Both the position numbers and the translations under genes were made by a program. A DNA stretch of 55,665 nt, the filler included, from Candidatus Hydrogenedentota bacterium (GTDB taxonomy: Bacteria > JBFMHD01): the NCBI GenBank assembly GCA_040752395.1. It is 3 parts of 3 records of this genome, joined end to end, with 100 filler letters (N's around TTAATTAATTAA, not from the genome) between each part and the next. Parts side by side here need not be neighbours in the genome. Positions count along the whole stretch, not along the records: positions 1 to 12,429 come from JBFMHD010000069.1; 2 more parts are not named here. One strand, written 5' to 3'. The notes beneath the pieces are model-generated. The model was not told the DNA's origin. It did not search any database and was given only the letters and a program-made list of their open reading frames with translations. Position 1 is the first letter of the stretch. Every line of letters begins with the position of its first letter. Positions 1-9,295 of the stretch are shown here, one piece after another.

Positions 1-371
1 TTCGGCTTCTCCACACTCTTTTTTTCTTCTTTAACCCCAGCTTCAGCAGGACTCAACGGAGGACCTTCCTTTTCAACTACATGGCCTGGACCAGCGTCAA
101 ACACAACCAGGTAAGGTACGTTTGGCTTCTTGAGCGCCTCTATACAACCGCTCACATTCAATTTACCTTGCCAGAGCACTTTACCAGTAGCTTTTTCTTT
201 CAACAAAATTTTCACGCCTGCACCTGAAGACCCATCAGAGAAACCTCCTTCCACATATATGGTCCCATCACCATTGTCCTCGATAAACATTATAGGAGTA
301 TGTGCATAAACACGTCCTACAAGTAATAACAGCGATAACCCACTAATAAAACAAATTACAAACTTTTTCAT
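1..371 (-). CDS. Secreted protein downstream of feoB (3' end runs off the window)
   Basis: Manual translation MKKFVICFISGLSLLLLVGRVYA-HTPIMFIEDNGDGTIYVEGGFSDGSSGAG... shows a signal peptide followed by an N-terminal His. GGAGGTGAG RBS upstream. Resembles the conserved EGGFSDGSS proteins found next to feoB in anaerobes. Not in the ORF track. Confidence 0.75.
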   Translation of the reverse strand, partial: MKKFVICFISGLSLLLLVGRVYAHTPIMFIEDNGDGTIYVEGGFSDGSSGAGVKILLKEKATGKVLWQGKLNVSGCIEALKKPNVPYLVVFDAGPGHVVEKEGPPLSPAEAGVKEEKKSVEKP

Positions 372-397
372 AGCTCACCTCCTGCAAAATCTAATTA

Positions 398-3091
398 TTA
401 TGGTATGGTTTTTGTCTTCGGTTGAATCATACCCATTGTTACCATGAATACAATGGCAAGGACATATATACCAAATATCATTTGCATCGCTGAAACATTA
501 AAAAGGGTTCCTATCGTAAACACCAGCGTAGATATTATGAATCCCAAAACAATCGGATATATAGTAGCAAAAAGCATCCATTTTGTACTACCTGTTTCAA
601 CTCGTACCATAAGCAGAGTAGGAATACATGGAGGATACATAGCCATAAACAACATAATTGCCAGCGCATGTAACGGCGTCCAGCCTTTTTCCTTATCAAC
701 TAACGTTTGTTCAAGTTTTTCCTCACTCTCGGCTGATGGTTGATAAATACTTCCTAAAGTTGCTACACTACTTTCTTTAGCAGCAAATGCGCTTATAAGA
801 GCCAAATTTACACGCCAGTTGAACCCCGCAAATTTAGTGATTGGTTCCAAAAATCGGCCTATACGTCCGAGAAAACTTGTAGTGACTACTTCGTCCTTTA
901 TTTCCTTACGTAACATCTTCATTTTTTGTGAAAGTTTCTTGTAGGCTACAGCAACTTCTTTAGCATCTTTATCTATAATTTTGTTCCCTTTGATATTGAC
1001 GCTACCTATCCTTATTATAGCAAAGAACTCATGATTTATATTTTGCCATTTCCGATAGAACTCAGCTTTTAGTTTGGCTCTTTTGTTTTTGTTTTGCGAT
1101 TTATACCAGGTTGATAGAAAAGCTTGTTTATCTTTATTATAGGTTGCAAGATATTTCGTAAACCAGTTCATCTTCTCTTTTTCCAAACTTACTACACCTT
1201 TGTTTGCAATTTTAAAAAATTCAGGGTTCATTATCAAAAATTTATGGTCGATTGCCATCTTTTTTGATTCATCTTCTATACCCATTTCAGCTTTTTTATA
1301 CTTTTGTTCGTATTTGATAAACTCCATTAACCGGGAACCAGCCAAAAAATTCTGGTAAGGATTGTCCTCTCCGCTGGTCCCAAATAATGATCCGATTTCC
1401 TGGTTTTCCTGGTTCTTATAGTACGTACGTCTTTCCTGGTTTAATCCAGGAAAAGTAATAAGAACGTAGACAATTATCATCACAACAGTAACAATGGTTA
1501 TGATCTTTTTGACGAAGAGCCACACTCTCTCAATGGAGCGGCGTAGTATCCCCTGAAAAGTAGGAAGATGATAAGTAGGCATCTCCAGGACAAATGGTGC
1601 TGTTTCCCGTGTTTTGAGCACAGAGATACTTAATAGCTTAGCAACCGGCAAAGCAACAAGAATAGTGATAGTAGCGATAAAAAACATTACCAACCCTTTG
1701 TGCTGGGTAAAGAATATACTTATAAGGAGTACATATAAAGGTATCTTCGCTAAACAGTTCATCAATGGAACAATCATAATTGTTGCCATTCGTGCTCTTT
1801 CATCTTTTATCCCACGACAAGACATAACCCCGGGTATAGCGCACCCACCTACGTATAATCCACCAAGAACCAACGGTAAGATAGATTGTCCATGCAACCC
1901 GAAATATTTGAATATTCGGTCCAGTATAAAAGCCATACGAGCCATATAACCTGTATCCTCTAAGATAGCTATTAAGGCAAAAAGGATTAAGAATATAGGT
2001 ATATAATTCAGTACTGCCATAATGCCATCAATTACACCTAAAGGCAGTGTTCGCCACAATGGGTCAAACACAAACCCGGCTTCAGGAAGTACTGAAGCAA
2101 TAAGATTACGAATACCTGCTAAAACAGGCCAGGTATAATCAGTAAGTTTGTATCCTTGAACTATAGCAAGTTCATACAAAACATAAATAGTTGCTACCAA
2201 GAAAATCGGACCGAAGAATCTATTACAAACGATTCTATCAATTTTATCAGTAAGTGTTCTTCCTAACGGTTTTTTGCGATAAATACATCGTCCGGCAATC
2301 TCTTCAGCAACCCGATAGCGTGCCTGGGCAATAACTTTGTCCAGAGACTTGTTATATAGCCGGGTAAATTGTTCGTTTTCTCTATCAACATCAGCAAGAA
2401 TAGTATCAGCATCCCGGCCGTATTTTTTGACTAATTTTTTAGCTTCAGAATCGTTTTCCATCAATTTTACTGCTAACCACCTTAAAGGATATCTGCTTTC
2501 CTTAATTCCTGGATCTGCCTGTAGTTTGTTCTCTAACCGAGCTAATATTTCTTCTAACTCTTTTCCATAATTAAGACGAATAGGTGAAATTTTCTTTGCT
2601 GCGGCACTATGGATGGCTTCCTGAAGCTCTTTTTTCCCTTTGCTTTTGTTCCCCACAGTGGGTACAACAGGTACTTGTAGCTCGCGCGATAGTGTTTCTA
2701 TATCAATATCAAGACCACGTGCTTTAGCTATATCCATCATGTTTAAAGCGATTACTAGCGGCAAGTCCATTTCAGCCAGTTGAAATGCCAGATAAAGGTT
2801 ACGCTCTAAATTGGACGCGTCTACTACGTCTACCACTACGTCAGGAGCTTCGTGCAACAAAAAGTCTCTTGATACACGTTCTTCCAGGCTATAAGAAGTA
2901 AGACTATAAGTTCCCGGAAGGTCAACTAATTCTAATTTAGTTCCTTTATACCTATAAAAACCTGTTTTCTTTTCAACTGTTATACCGGGATAGTTGGCTA
3001 CGAACTGTCTGGCGCCTGTAAGCATATTGAAAATTGTAGATTTACCTGAATTAGGTTGTCCTCCTACTGCTACTATTATTTTTTCGTTCAT
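398..3091 (-). CDS. feoB: Ferrous iron transporter FeoB (long form)
   Basis: G1 GQPNSGKS, NYPGITVE, G3 DLPGTYSL and G4 NMMD motifs; gate and membrane domains with LEDTGYMAR and PFVLEMPTY. Confidence 0.97.
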   Translation of the reverse strand: MNEKIIVAVGGQPNSGKSTIFNMLTGARQFVANYPGITVEKKTGFYRYKGTKLELVDLPGTYSLTSYSLEERVSRDFLLHEAPDVVVDVVDASNLERNLYLAFQLAEMDLPLVIALNMMDIAKARGLDIDIETLSRELQVPVVPTVGNKSKGKKELQEAIHSAAAKKISPIRLNYGKELEEILARLENKLQADPGIKESRYPLRWLAVKLMENDSEAKKLVKKYGRDADTILADVDRENEQFTRLYNKSLDKVIAQARYRVAEEIAGRCIYRKKPLGRTLTDKIDRIVCNRFFGPIFLVATIYVLYELAIVQGYKLTDYTWPVLAGIRNLIASVLPEAGFVFDPLWRTLPLGVIDGIMAVLNYIPIFLILFALIAILEDTGYMARMAFILDRIFKYFGLHGQSILPLVLGGLYVGGCAIPGVMSCRGIKDERARMATIMIVPLMNCLAKIPLYVLLISIFFTQHKGLVMFFIATITILVALPVAKLLSISVLKTRETAPFVLEMPTYHLPTFQGILRRSIERVWLFVKKIITIVTVVMIIVYVLITFPGLNQERRTYYKNQENQEIGSLFGTSGEDNPYQNFLAGSRLMEFIKYEQKYKKAEMGIEDESKKMAIDHKFLIMNPEFFKIANKGVVSLEKEKMNWFTKYLATYNKDKQAFLSTWYKSQNKNKRAKLKAEFYRKWQNINHEFFAIIRIGSVNIKGNKIIDKDAKEVAVAYKKLSQKMKMLRKEIKDEVVTTSFLGRIGRFLEPITKFAGFNWRVNLALISAFAAKESSVATLGSIYQPSAESEEKLEQTLVDKEKGWTPLHALAIMLFMAMYPPCIPTLLMVRVETGSTKWMLFATIYPIVLGFIISTLVFTIGTLFNVSAMQMIFGIYVLAIVFMVTMGMIQPKTKTIP

Positions 3092-3327
3092 AACAATTCT
3101 ACCTCTACACCTTTGGCTTCAGCGTGACGTACACCAACATGTGTTCCCCGTATTAAAAGATCAACCGGGTCCGCTAACGGTGCATTACGAATTACTGTTA
3201 TTTTTGTACCGGAAATAAATCCCATATCTGATAAACGTTGTCCGGTTACTCCGCCTAATTTTACATCAATAATTCTGCATTCCTGACCGGGTTTCACATC
3301 ATCTAATGTCATTTTTCTTCTCTCCAT
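3088..3327 (-). CDS. feoA: FeoA
   Basis: RLSDMGFISGTKITVIRNAPLADP FeoA signature; overlaps the feoB start. Confidence 0.95.
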   Translation of the reverse strand: MERRKMTLDDVKPGQECRIIDVKLGGVTGQRLSDMGFISGTKITVIRNAPLADPVDLLIRGTHVGVRHAEAKGVEVELL

Positions 3328-3364
3328 TTTATAACCAGCTTCTCAAAATAAGAAAGCTGAGTGG

Positions 3365-4093
3365 TCAGTATAGATGTTTAAACCATCCTCGACGATGTCG
3401 ATGACGATGCTGCCAGCGTTTTTCAACCAAAGGAATAACTTTAATATTCTTAGCTCTATCAAAATCTATACTGATACGGCCATCTTTAGCAGCTAACAAT
3501 ATAGGCCCATTAGCAATTTTGGTCACTACTTCAACGATCGAACCTACCCAAATTCCCATATCCGTTAAACGAGTTGAATATTCATCTTTGATATAACCTA
3601 TCTGTCCTGAGACATCTTTAGTATGCTCATCTAATTCTTTTATATGCGTAATCATTTCTCTATAACCCGGGCATTCTTTATTCACATTCAAGTCACCACA
3701 CATATGTTTTATATCATTATGCATATGAGCGATGTCTTTTATTATATGCTCAATATCCTCCCTCGCGTCTTTATCAGTATCAAGAGTCACAACCTGTGCT
3801 CTTGTATTTGGTGGAATCAAACTCAGTGGGACAGGGCTTGATGGATTCGGATTTGTATACAGTTGTTCGTTATTTGATGGCAACCCTGTAAAATGTATGG
3901 TCTCAAGGTGATCCGTATGCTCAAGCAGATTATGGATATGTCCATCCACATCATTTATGTGGACAATCATTTCCTGGTACCATTTACAATCCTTACACTC
4001 AGTAAGAAATTTTGTAATGTGTTCCACATCTTTGTGGATATGGTTGAGGATTTCCTTTAGATGTAATATATTCTCTCTTAAGCTAGCCATCAT
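3365..4093 (-). CDS. FeoA-domain protein with duplicated His-rich helical modules
   Basis: FeoA elements PLSLIPPNTRAQVVTL and RLTDMGIWVGSIVEVVTKIANGPILL, plus two homologous His-rich segments. Confidence 0.8.
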   Translation of the reverse strand: MMASLRENILHLKEILNHIHKDVEHITKFLTECKDCKWYQEMIVHINDVDGHIHNLLEHTDHLETIHFTGLPSNNEQLYTNPNPSSPVPLSLIPPNTRAQVVTLDTDKDAREDIEHIIKDIAHMHNDIKHMCGDLNVNKECPGYREMITHIKELDEHTKDVSGQIGYIKDEYSTRLTDMGIWVGSIVEVVTKIANGPILLAAKDGRISIDFDRAKNIKVIPLVEKRWQHRHRHRRGWFKHLY

Positions 4094-4136
4094 TTCATCT
4101 CCGGGTACCTTCTTCAGTCACCTCCAACAATTTGCA

Positions 4137-4155
4137 ATTGAAACGCAATCGCAAT
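4137..4155. promoter_or_regulatory. Putative degenerate Fur box upstream of the His-rich feoA
   Basis: ATTGAAACGCAATCGCAAT, a 19-bp imperfect palindrome of the same length as the box upstream of fur. Confidence 0.5.
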
Positions 4156-4170
4156 AAACTATCAAAAAAA

Positions 4171-4596
4171 TTACCTACATTTAATACATAATCCCTTTAT
4201 ACTCAATCTGTGTTCTACTGGTTCGAAATCGTATTTCTTGCAAATTCCCATCTGCAACTTTTCTATCCTCTCCTCGCTGAATTCAATGATTCTACCACAT
4301 TTGGTACATATAAGATGGTCATGGTGAGTATGTCCATAAGTATACTCGTAGTAATTTTTATTAAAGCTTCCTAACGATCTCTGGATAACTTTTGTTTCCA
4401 CAAGAATAGGCATGGTGCGATATACTGTGGCACGTGAAATATTAAGTCCCTTTTTACATAACTTTTCATAAAGTTCATCAACATTAAAATGGTCACGAGT
4501 TGCGAATACTTCTTTGAGGACCAATTCTCTCGAAGGTGTAAATTTAAGATTGTTTCTCTTCAAATATTCTTTAAATTTTTCTAACAGCTCTTCCAT
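4171..4596 (-). CDS. fur: Ferric uptake regulator
   Basis: ISRATVYRT helix, HHDHLICTKCG and C-terminal CxxC; heads the feo operon. Confidence 0.95.
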   Translation of the reverse strand: MEELLEKFKEYLKRNNLKFTPSRELVLKEVFATRDHFNVDELYEKLCKKGLNISRATVYRTMPILVETKVIQRSLGSFNKNYYEYTYGHTHHDHLICTKCGRIIEFSEERIEKLQMGICKKYDFEPVEHRLSIKGLCIKCR

Positions 4597-4614
4597 ATAT
4601 CATCCCGCCTACAA

Positions 4615-4633
4615 AATGAGATTGTTTCTCATT
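4615..4633. promoter_or_regulatory. Fur box (autoregulatory)
   Basis: AATGAGA-TTGTT-TCTCATT has perfect 7-bp arms. On the minus strand it extends as GATAATGAGAAACAATCTCATT, close to the canonical Fur consensus. It lies between the -10 box and the fur start. Confidence 0.8.
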
Positions 4634-4642
4634 ATCATTCAT

Positions 4643-4670
4643 ATTATAATTATTTTTTCCCCTTTGTCAA
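4643..4670 (-). promoter_or_regulatory. Sigma70 promoter of the fur-feo operon
   Basis: Minus strand TTGACA-16 nt-TATAAT, both boxes consensus, with an A-tract upstream. Confidence 0.8.
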
Positions 4671-4834
4671 GTTTTTTTTCATTTTTTTTTTTTTTTTGTG
4701 TGTGATTCAGACAGTAGTGGCAGTTTGCGGCAGAAAATATACTCCACCATAGCTGATTTTTTAAATAGAGAGAAAATATTAATCGTCTTCGCACCAGGCT
4801 CTTGTAGTGTTAGCAGTATATAACTATATTCATT

Positions 4835-4919
4835 TATACTGCTCCCCGTTTGTCGAGACACTTTTTAGTAAATTTTCGGCACATTTTGACCTGACCATTC
4901 TAATCAGGGGAGCAGTATA
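4835..4919. mobile_element. 85-bp MITE-like element, copy 1 (IS3-family-like ends)
   Basis: Perfect 13-bp terminal inverted repeats TATACTGCTCCCC/GGGGAGCAGTATA; near-identical copy at 5712-5796. Confidence 0.75.
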
Positions 4920-5017
4920 CATCCTTATCTACAAAACTTGCTACCCTTTATTTTTTAAGGAGACTTTTTCAACACTCTCTTTTGATATCAAACTTTAAAT
5001 AAGGTTTAAAAAATCAT

Positions 5018-5046
5018 TTGAAATAATACTAATAATGTTGTATAAT
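5018..5046 (+). promoter_or_regulatory. Sigma70 promoter of the PIN toxin (probably leaderless)
   Basis: TTGAAA-17-TATAAT; the ATG is 7 nt after the -10 box and has no SD. Confidence 0.6.
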
Positions 5047-5053
5047 TTAATAT

Positions 5054-5533
5054 ATGAAAAGAAAAGTTTATATTGAAACCACTATTCCGAGTTATTATAT
5101 TTCGAGAGAAAGCCATGATATAATAATTCGGGCACACCAGAAAATTACTAAAAACTGGTGGAATAATTATAAAGCAAATTATGACTTATTTATTTCAGAT
5201 GCAGTTTCTGAAGAGATGTCAAAAGGTGATATTGCTTTAGCAGAAAAAAGAGTCAAATTAATTGAAGGTATTACGATTCTGCATACCTCAAAAGATGTTG
5301 AAAGATTAGCAATAACATATGCAAAGCAGTTTAAGTTTCCAAAAGAGAAATATTTTGATTGTATTCATATAGCACATACGGTTATTTATCAACTTGATAT
5401 TTTATTAACGTGGAATTGTACTCATTTAGCAAATGTAGAAACCAAGATTAAACTATTTAATTTTAATCAAAAGAATCATTTAAAAGTTCCAATTATTTGC
5501 AGTCCCGAAGAACTTATCGGAGGTGAAATATAA
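5054..5533 (+). CDS. PIN-domain (VapC-like) toxin
   Basis: VYIETTIPSY, DCIHIA and LLTWNCTHLAN motifs of a PIN subfamily. Confidence 0.85.
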   Translation: MKRKVYIETTIPSYYISRESHDIIIRAHQKITKNWWNNYKANYDLFISDAVSEEMSKGDIALAEKRVKLIEGITILHTSKDVERLAITYAKQFKFPKEKYFDCIHIAHTVIYQLDILLTWNCTHLANVETKIKLFNFNQKNHLKVPIICSPEELIGGEI

Positions 5534-5703
5534 TGAAAGATATTATCGTCGAAGAAGTGAGAAAAAACAGGCTGGAAATTTCTAAAAAATTTAACTTCAG
5601 CATTAAAGAATATTGTGAATACTTAAGAGGTAAAGCGCACACATATAAAAATATCTATATAAAAAAATCTAACGGTAAGAAAAAAATTGCAATAGCGGTT
5701 TGA
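5533..5703 (+). CDS. Putative antitoxin (56 aa), translationally coupled downstream of the PIN gene
   Basis: MKDIIVEEVRKNRLEISKKFNFSIKEYCEYL..., TAATG overlap, GGAGGTG RBS; the usual small partner of this PIN subfamily. Below the ORF-track cutoff. Confidence 0.7.
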   Translation: MKDIIVEEVRKNRLEISKKFNFSIKEYCEYLRGKAHTYKNIYIKKSNGKKKIAIAV

Positions 5704-5711
5704 ATATTCCT

Positions 5712-5796
5712 TGTAGTGCTCCCTGTTTGTCGAGACATTTTTTAGTAAATTTTCGGCACATTTTGACCTGACCATTCTAATCAGGGGAGCAGTATA
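5712..5796. mobile_element. 85-bp MITE-like element, copy 2
   Basis: Direct repeat of 4835-4919 with a few substitutions; begins TGTAGTGCTCCC. Confidence 0.75.
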
Positions 5797-5891
5797 AAAG
5801 CATCTCAGCTAACAAACATCTACATCCGTATGCAAAGTATAATGCAGGTATTCACAGAATGTCGCCGAGCAAACAATTATTACGTGCCAGG

Positions 5892-6422
5892 TTAATAAGA
5901 AAGACAAGTTCCACAGACCAATTTGACGAAAAACAACAGGTCTTCAATGAGCAATTGATGTGGAAGCAAAAGCAAGAAGGCAGTAAAAATAGCTGATATT
6001 TTGAAGACCTTTTCTGGTGGGAAGGATTCTATCTTAATGCCCGTTAATCTTTCTATTTTTCTGATTATAGATTTTATTTCGCCCCCTTTTTTTGCTTGAA
6101 GAGTAAACCAGCAATTGTATCTTCCACCTTCCCTTAGATAATTATGGGTTATATTATTTATATCGTTAAGTACCGAGATAAATTTATTCATTTTATTCGG
6201 AGGTACTTCTACGGCACAGAGAGTAGATTTAAACCCGCATTTTTTTAGATCAATGATAACACCAAATCTCTTTATATATCCCTTTTGTTTAAGCTTTTTT
6301 ATTCTATCTATTACTTCATTTTCAGATATACCTATTTTATCAGCGATTTTTTTAAATGGATACCTGCATAGCTGGAAATCTTTTTGATAATCAAAAAGCA
6401 ATTTTTTATCTATTTTATCCAT
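5892..6422 (-). CDS. ahbA: Siroheme decarboxylase subunit (AhbA/NirD-like), C-terminus apparently extended
   Basis: Lrp/AsnC-like fold with YQKDFQLCRYPF, STLCAVEVP and THNYLREGGRYNCWFTL; follows hemB. Confidence 0.8.
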   Translation of the reverse strand: MDKIDKKLLFDYQKDFQLCRYPFKKIADKIGISENEVIDRIKKLKQKGYIKRFGVIIDLKKCGFKSTLCAVEVPPNKMNKFISVLNDINNITHNYLREGGRYNCWFTLQAKKGGEIKSIIRKIERLTGIKIESFPPEKVFKISAIFTAFLLLLPHQLLIEDLLFFVKLVCGTCLSY

Positions 6423-6448
6423 TTTTAGTATTCACGAGGTTCCAATTT

Positions 6449-7423
6449 TTAAGGGTTTCTAAGTATTTTTGCAACGTATTTTGTAAAGTAAGTAATAATA
6501 CAATCAGCGCCTGCTCTTTTTATCGAGATAAGTATCTCAAATATAGCTTTGTTTCTATCTATCAGTCCTTTATCAGCAGCAAGTTCAACCATAGTATATT
6601 CACCACTAACACAATATGCAGCTATTGGTACATCGAATCGCTCTTTAGCTTTACTTATAACATCAAGATAACACAACGCAGGTTTCACCATTACAATATC
6701 AGCACCTTCTTCTATATCCATAGCAATTTCTTTCATAGCTTCTTTTATATTAGGTGGGTCCATTTGATAAGATGTTCTATCTCCGAAAGCGGGCGTAGAT
6801 TCGAAAGCTTCTCTAAAAGGGCCATAAAAAGCAGATGCATATTTAGCAGCATAGGACATAATTAATGTATCTTTATAACCGTGTTCATCGAGTAATGTTC
6901 TTATTACTTTTACTCTGCCATCCATCATATCAGAGGGCGCTACGATATCAGCTCCTGCTCTTGCATGCGAGAGTGCGGTTTTAGCAATTATTTCCAGTGT
7001 AGCATCATTATCAATAACCCCGTTTTTCACTATACCGCAGTGACCATGAGAAGTATATCCACAAAGACAGACATCAGTTATAATAGTTAAATTTATTCCT
7101 CTGTCTTTTATTTCTGAAACAGCTCTCTGGACTATGCCTCTTTTACTATGCGCTTCTTGCCCCTGTTCATCTTTTCGTTCAGGGATACCAAATAACATAA
7201 TACTTTTTATGCCGAGTTGCTCGATCTCTTTTAATTCTTCAATAAGTTTGTCTATGCTGAAATGATAGTTCCCTGGCATCGATAATATTTCTTTTTTTAT
7301 ATTTTCGCCAGGAACAACAAAATAAGGCATAACAAGGTTATCTAAAGATATTCTTGTTTCTCTAACAAGCGCTCTAATATTTTCGTTCCTTCTTAATCTA
7401 CGACCACGCTGTACTGGAAACAT
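6449..7423 (-). CDS. hemB: Porphobilinogen synthase (Zn-type, CxCx7C)
   Basis: [28 protein letters not shown] and MVKPA motifs. The start is placed at ATG 7423 ([11 protein letters not shown]) after an AAGGAG RBS. Confidence 0.95.
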   Translation of the reverse strand: MFPVQRGRRLRRNENIRALVRETRISLDNLVMPYFVVPGENIKKEILSMPGNYHFSIDKLIEELKEIEQLGIKSIMLFGIPERKDEQGQEAHSKRGIVQRAVSEIKDRGINLTIITDVCLCGYTSHGHCGIVKNGVIDNDATLEIIAKTALSHARAGADIVAPSDMMDGRVKVIRTLLDEHGYKDTLIMSYAAKYASAFYGPFREAFESTPAFGDRTSYQMDPPNIKEAMKEIAMDIEEGADIVMVKPALCYLDVISKAKERFDVPIAAYCVSGEYTMVELAADKGLIDRNKAIFEILISIKRAGADCIITYFTKYVAKILRNP

Positions 7424-7471
7424 ATAACTACTCCTTCGTGCCTTTCTCTGTGCCTTTGTGCCTTCTCCTCT

Positions 7472-7710
7472 GAGCTGGCAAGGTCGTTCCTCAAAACAGA
7501 TGACTGGTCGTCGAGGATCATATTCTTGTTCATATATATCGAGAACCTCCCCCATTCGCCAGATAAACTCCGAGGTAATCTGGTTGATGCACCATTGCCT
7601 TTTCAGGTGCGGCTTAAGTTCGTTTTTTTTAATATCCTTTTAACTGTTTGGTGTGAAATGTTTTCAACCATTCCCAGTTCAACGACTTTATCAGCTATGA
7701 GTCTCAGCGG
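7472..7710 (-). pseudogene. IS630-family transposase internal fragment
   Basis: [28 protein letters not shown] / [13 protein letters not shown]...[29 protein letters not shown], with an A8 slippery run (7623-7630) at the ORFA/ORFB junction. Confidence 0.85.
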
Positions 7711-7902
7711 AGCTGATATCTCCTCCTTTTTGTGGAGATATCATACTATAAAGTAATTATTCGTCAACAATATTTGTTACGAAGCACTAGGCTATGGTCT
7801 TGATATTGTTTGTTACAAGCAGAGTATTAGCCCCTATTTTAGAGGAAGCAGAAGCTGCTTCACATTCTGCATGGCCACCACCCACAACTATTACCTCATA
7901 TC

Positions 7903-8994
7903 TCATACCATTTTTATGGATTTCAATATCTCTTTCTCCCATTCAAACCTGAGTCTGCCTCTGCAGCCGGGTTTAAATCTATCCACCACATAGGCATACA
8001 ATAATGGTAACGCGACGCTCGGTTCAACCCATGCAAAACAGGAATGCGCTTCTTTAGCTATCTTGCCCCATGATTTTGCTTCACTTAGAGTAGAACCCGA
8101 TAGCCCACCATCATTAACTATGGCGGTAGATATCTGTATTGCATACGAATGTCCGCGTTTTATACCAAAAATGTATCCCATAACCACTGAATCATTGATA
8201 TAATTTTTTGGTACCCCTCCTGCCACGTAGACCGCAGCGGTTTTATGAGATTTTACTATAATTTGTGTGAGTTCATAATTATCCTGAATTGAATCTATTG
8301 ACACACCTTGAACGTTATTAAACTTACAGATATGTCTCTGTTCAGTAAGCCCTATGCCGATAGACGAATCGTTCAATGCCGGTACAAATATAGGTACTCT
8401 GAGTCTTGAAGCTTGATATACAATAGATTCCTGGTCATCTATTTTTGTACCGAGAAACTCCATAAACTCTCTGCTCGAATAATTTCCCGGTTCGAGTTCA
8501 AACGCTTTATCACTAATCCAGCAATCGAGCTTCCAGAATAACTCTTCATCAACATAAGTATCGTAAATCCTGTCTATCCTCAAATCTCTCAAGACACTGT
8601 CATCTGCATCCGGAGTACCTTTATAATGTTTGTATCCCAGAGCCTGATAGATATCCTGATACATTATTGCGCCTGTTGAAACCACTACATCCACGTATCC
8701 ATTCACCACCATATCTCTTATCACTTTTCTAAGACCCGCGGCTATAAGTGGTCCTGCAAGCCCCATAATAATAAGCGGTCTTTCTTTATCCTCAATCATT
8801 CTGCCGAATATTTGTGCGCACTGCCCGAGATTTCTTGCCTGAATAGACATCCCTACCATACTCTCCACAAGTGTAGCAGCTTTCATCCCTTTTTTCACAT
8901 AAACAGATTTTATTTTCTGAGAGAATAGCTGTTTCTTCAACTTTCTTTTTTTAGAAGTTAATCGCTCATACTTTAACATTTCATGTTTTTTCAT
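7903..8994 (-). CDS. Deoxyhypusine synthase-like protein (probable homospermidine-pathway synthase)
   Basis: [26 protein letters not shown] and [17 protein letters not shown] motifs. Confidence 0.9.
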   Translation of the reverse strand: MKKHEMLKYERLTSKKRKLKKQLFSQKIKSVYVKKGMKAATLVESMVGMSIQARNLGQCAQIFGRMIEDKERPLIIMGLAGPLIAAGLRKVIRDMVVNGYVDVVVSTGAIMYQDIYQALGYKHYKGTPDADDSVLRDLRIDRIYDTYVDEELFWKLDCWISDKAFELEPGNYSSREFMEFLGTKIDDQESIVYQASRLRVPIFVPALNDSSIGIGLTEQRHICKFNNVQGVSIDSIQDNYELTQIIVKSHKTAAVYVAGGVPKNYINDSVVMGYIFGIKRGHSYAIQISTAIVNDGGLSGSTLSEAKSWGKIAKEAHSCFAWVEPSVALPLLYAYVVDRFKPGCRGRLRFEWEKEILKSIKMV

Positions 8995-9206
8995 TAATTC
9001 ACTCCTTCAAGAAACTTGATGAAGTCAGTTTTCACAAAATTATATTGCCAATTAAATATTTTTTTATAATTATCACATATAATTGTCAACTTTTTTTTTA
9101 AGGTAGAAACATAATACTTCCGATCACATATTATATCATTTTTTCTATTTTTCTATAGTGTTATTTTTTGTTTTTTTATTGGATGGGGAATTTATATATT
9201 ATAAAG

Positions 9207-9270
9207 TCTCAGTTATAGGTGGAGAAGAAGTGGGAAGTATCAGAAAAAAGAGGCAAGAAGCAAGATAATG
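9207..9270 (+). repeat. Modular intergenic repeat (GAAGAAGTGGGAAGTATCAG...GCAAGAAGCAAGATAA)
   Basis: Related copies at 12335-12429, 17666-17718, 18906-18940(-), 20216-20285(-), 24304-24345, 26960-27004(-), 51303-51320 and 51877-51898. Confidence 0.85.
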
Positions 9271-9295
9271 GCCGGATTTATCTGTCTCTACTGGC

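Noticed and set aside
4671-4697. Poly-T tract as a phase-variation switch
   Set aside because: It lies upstream of the -35 box, so it is more simply an UP element, and homopolymer length is error-prone.
7424-7555. N-terminal extension of HemB in the ORF track
   Set aside because: It is IS630 remnant plus repeat read in frame; a strong RBS precedes ATG 7423.
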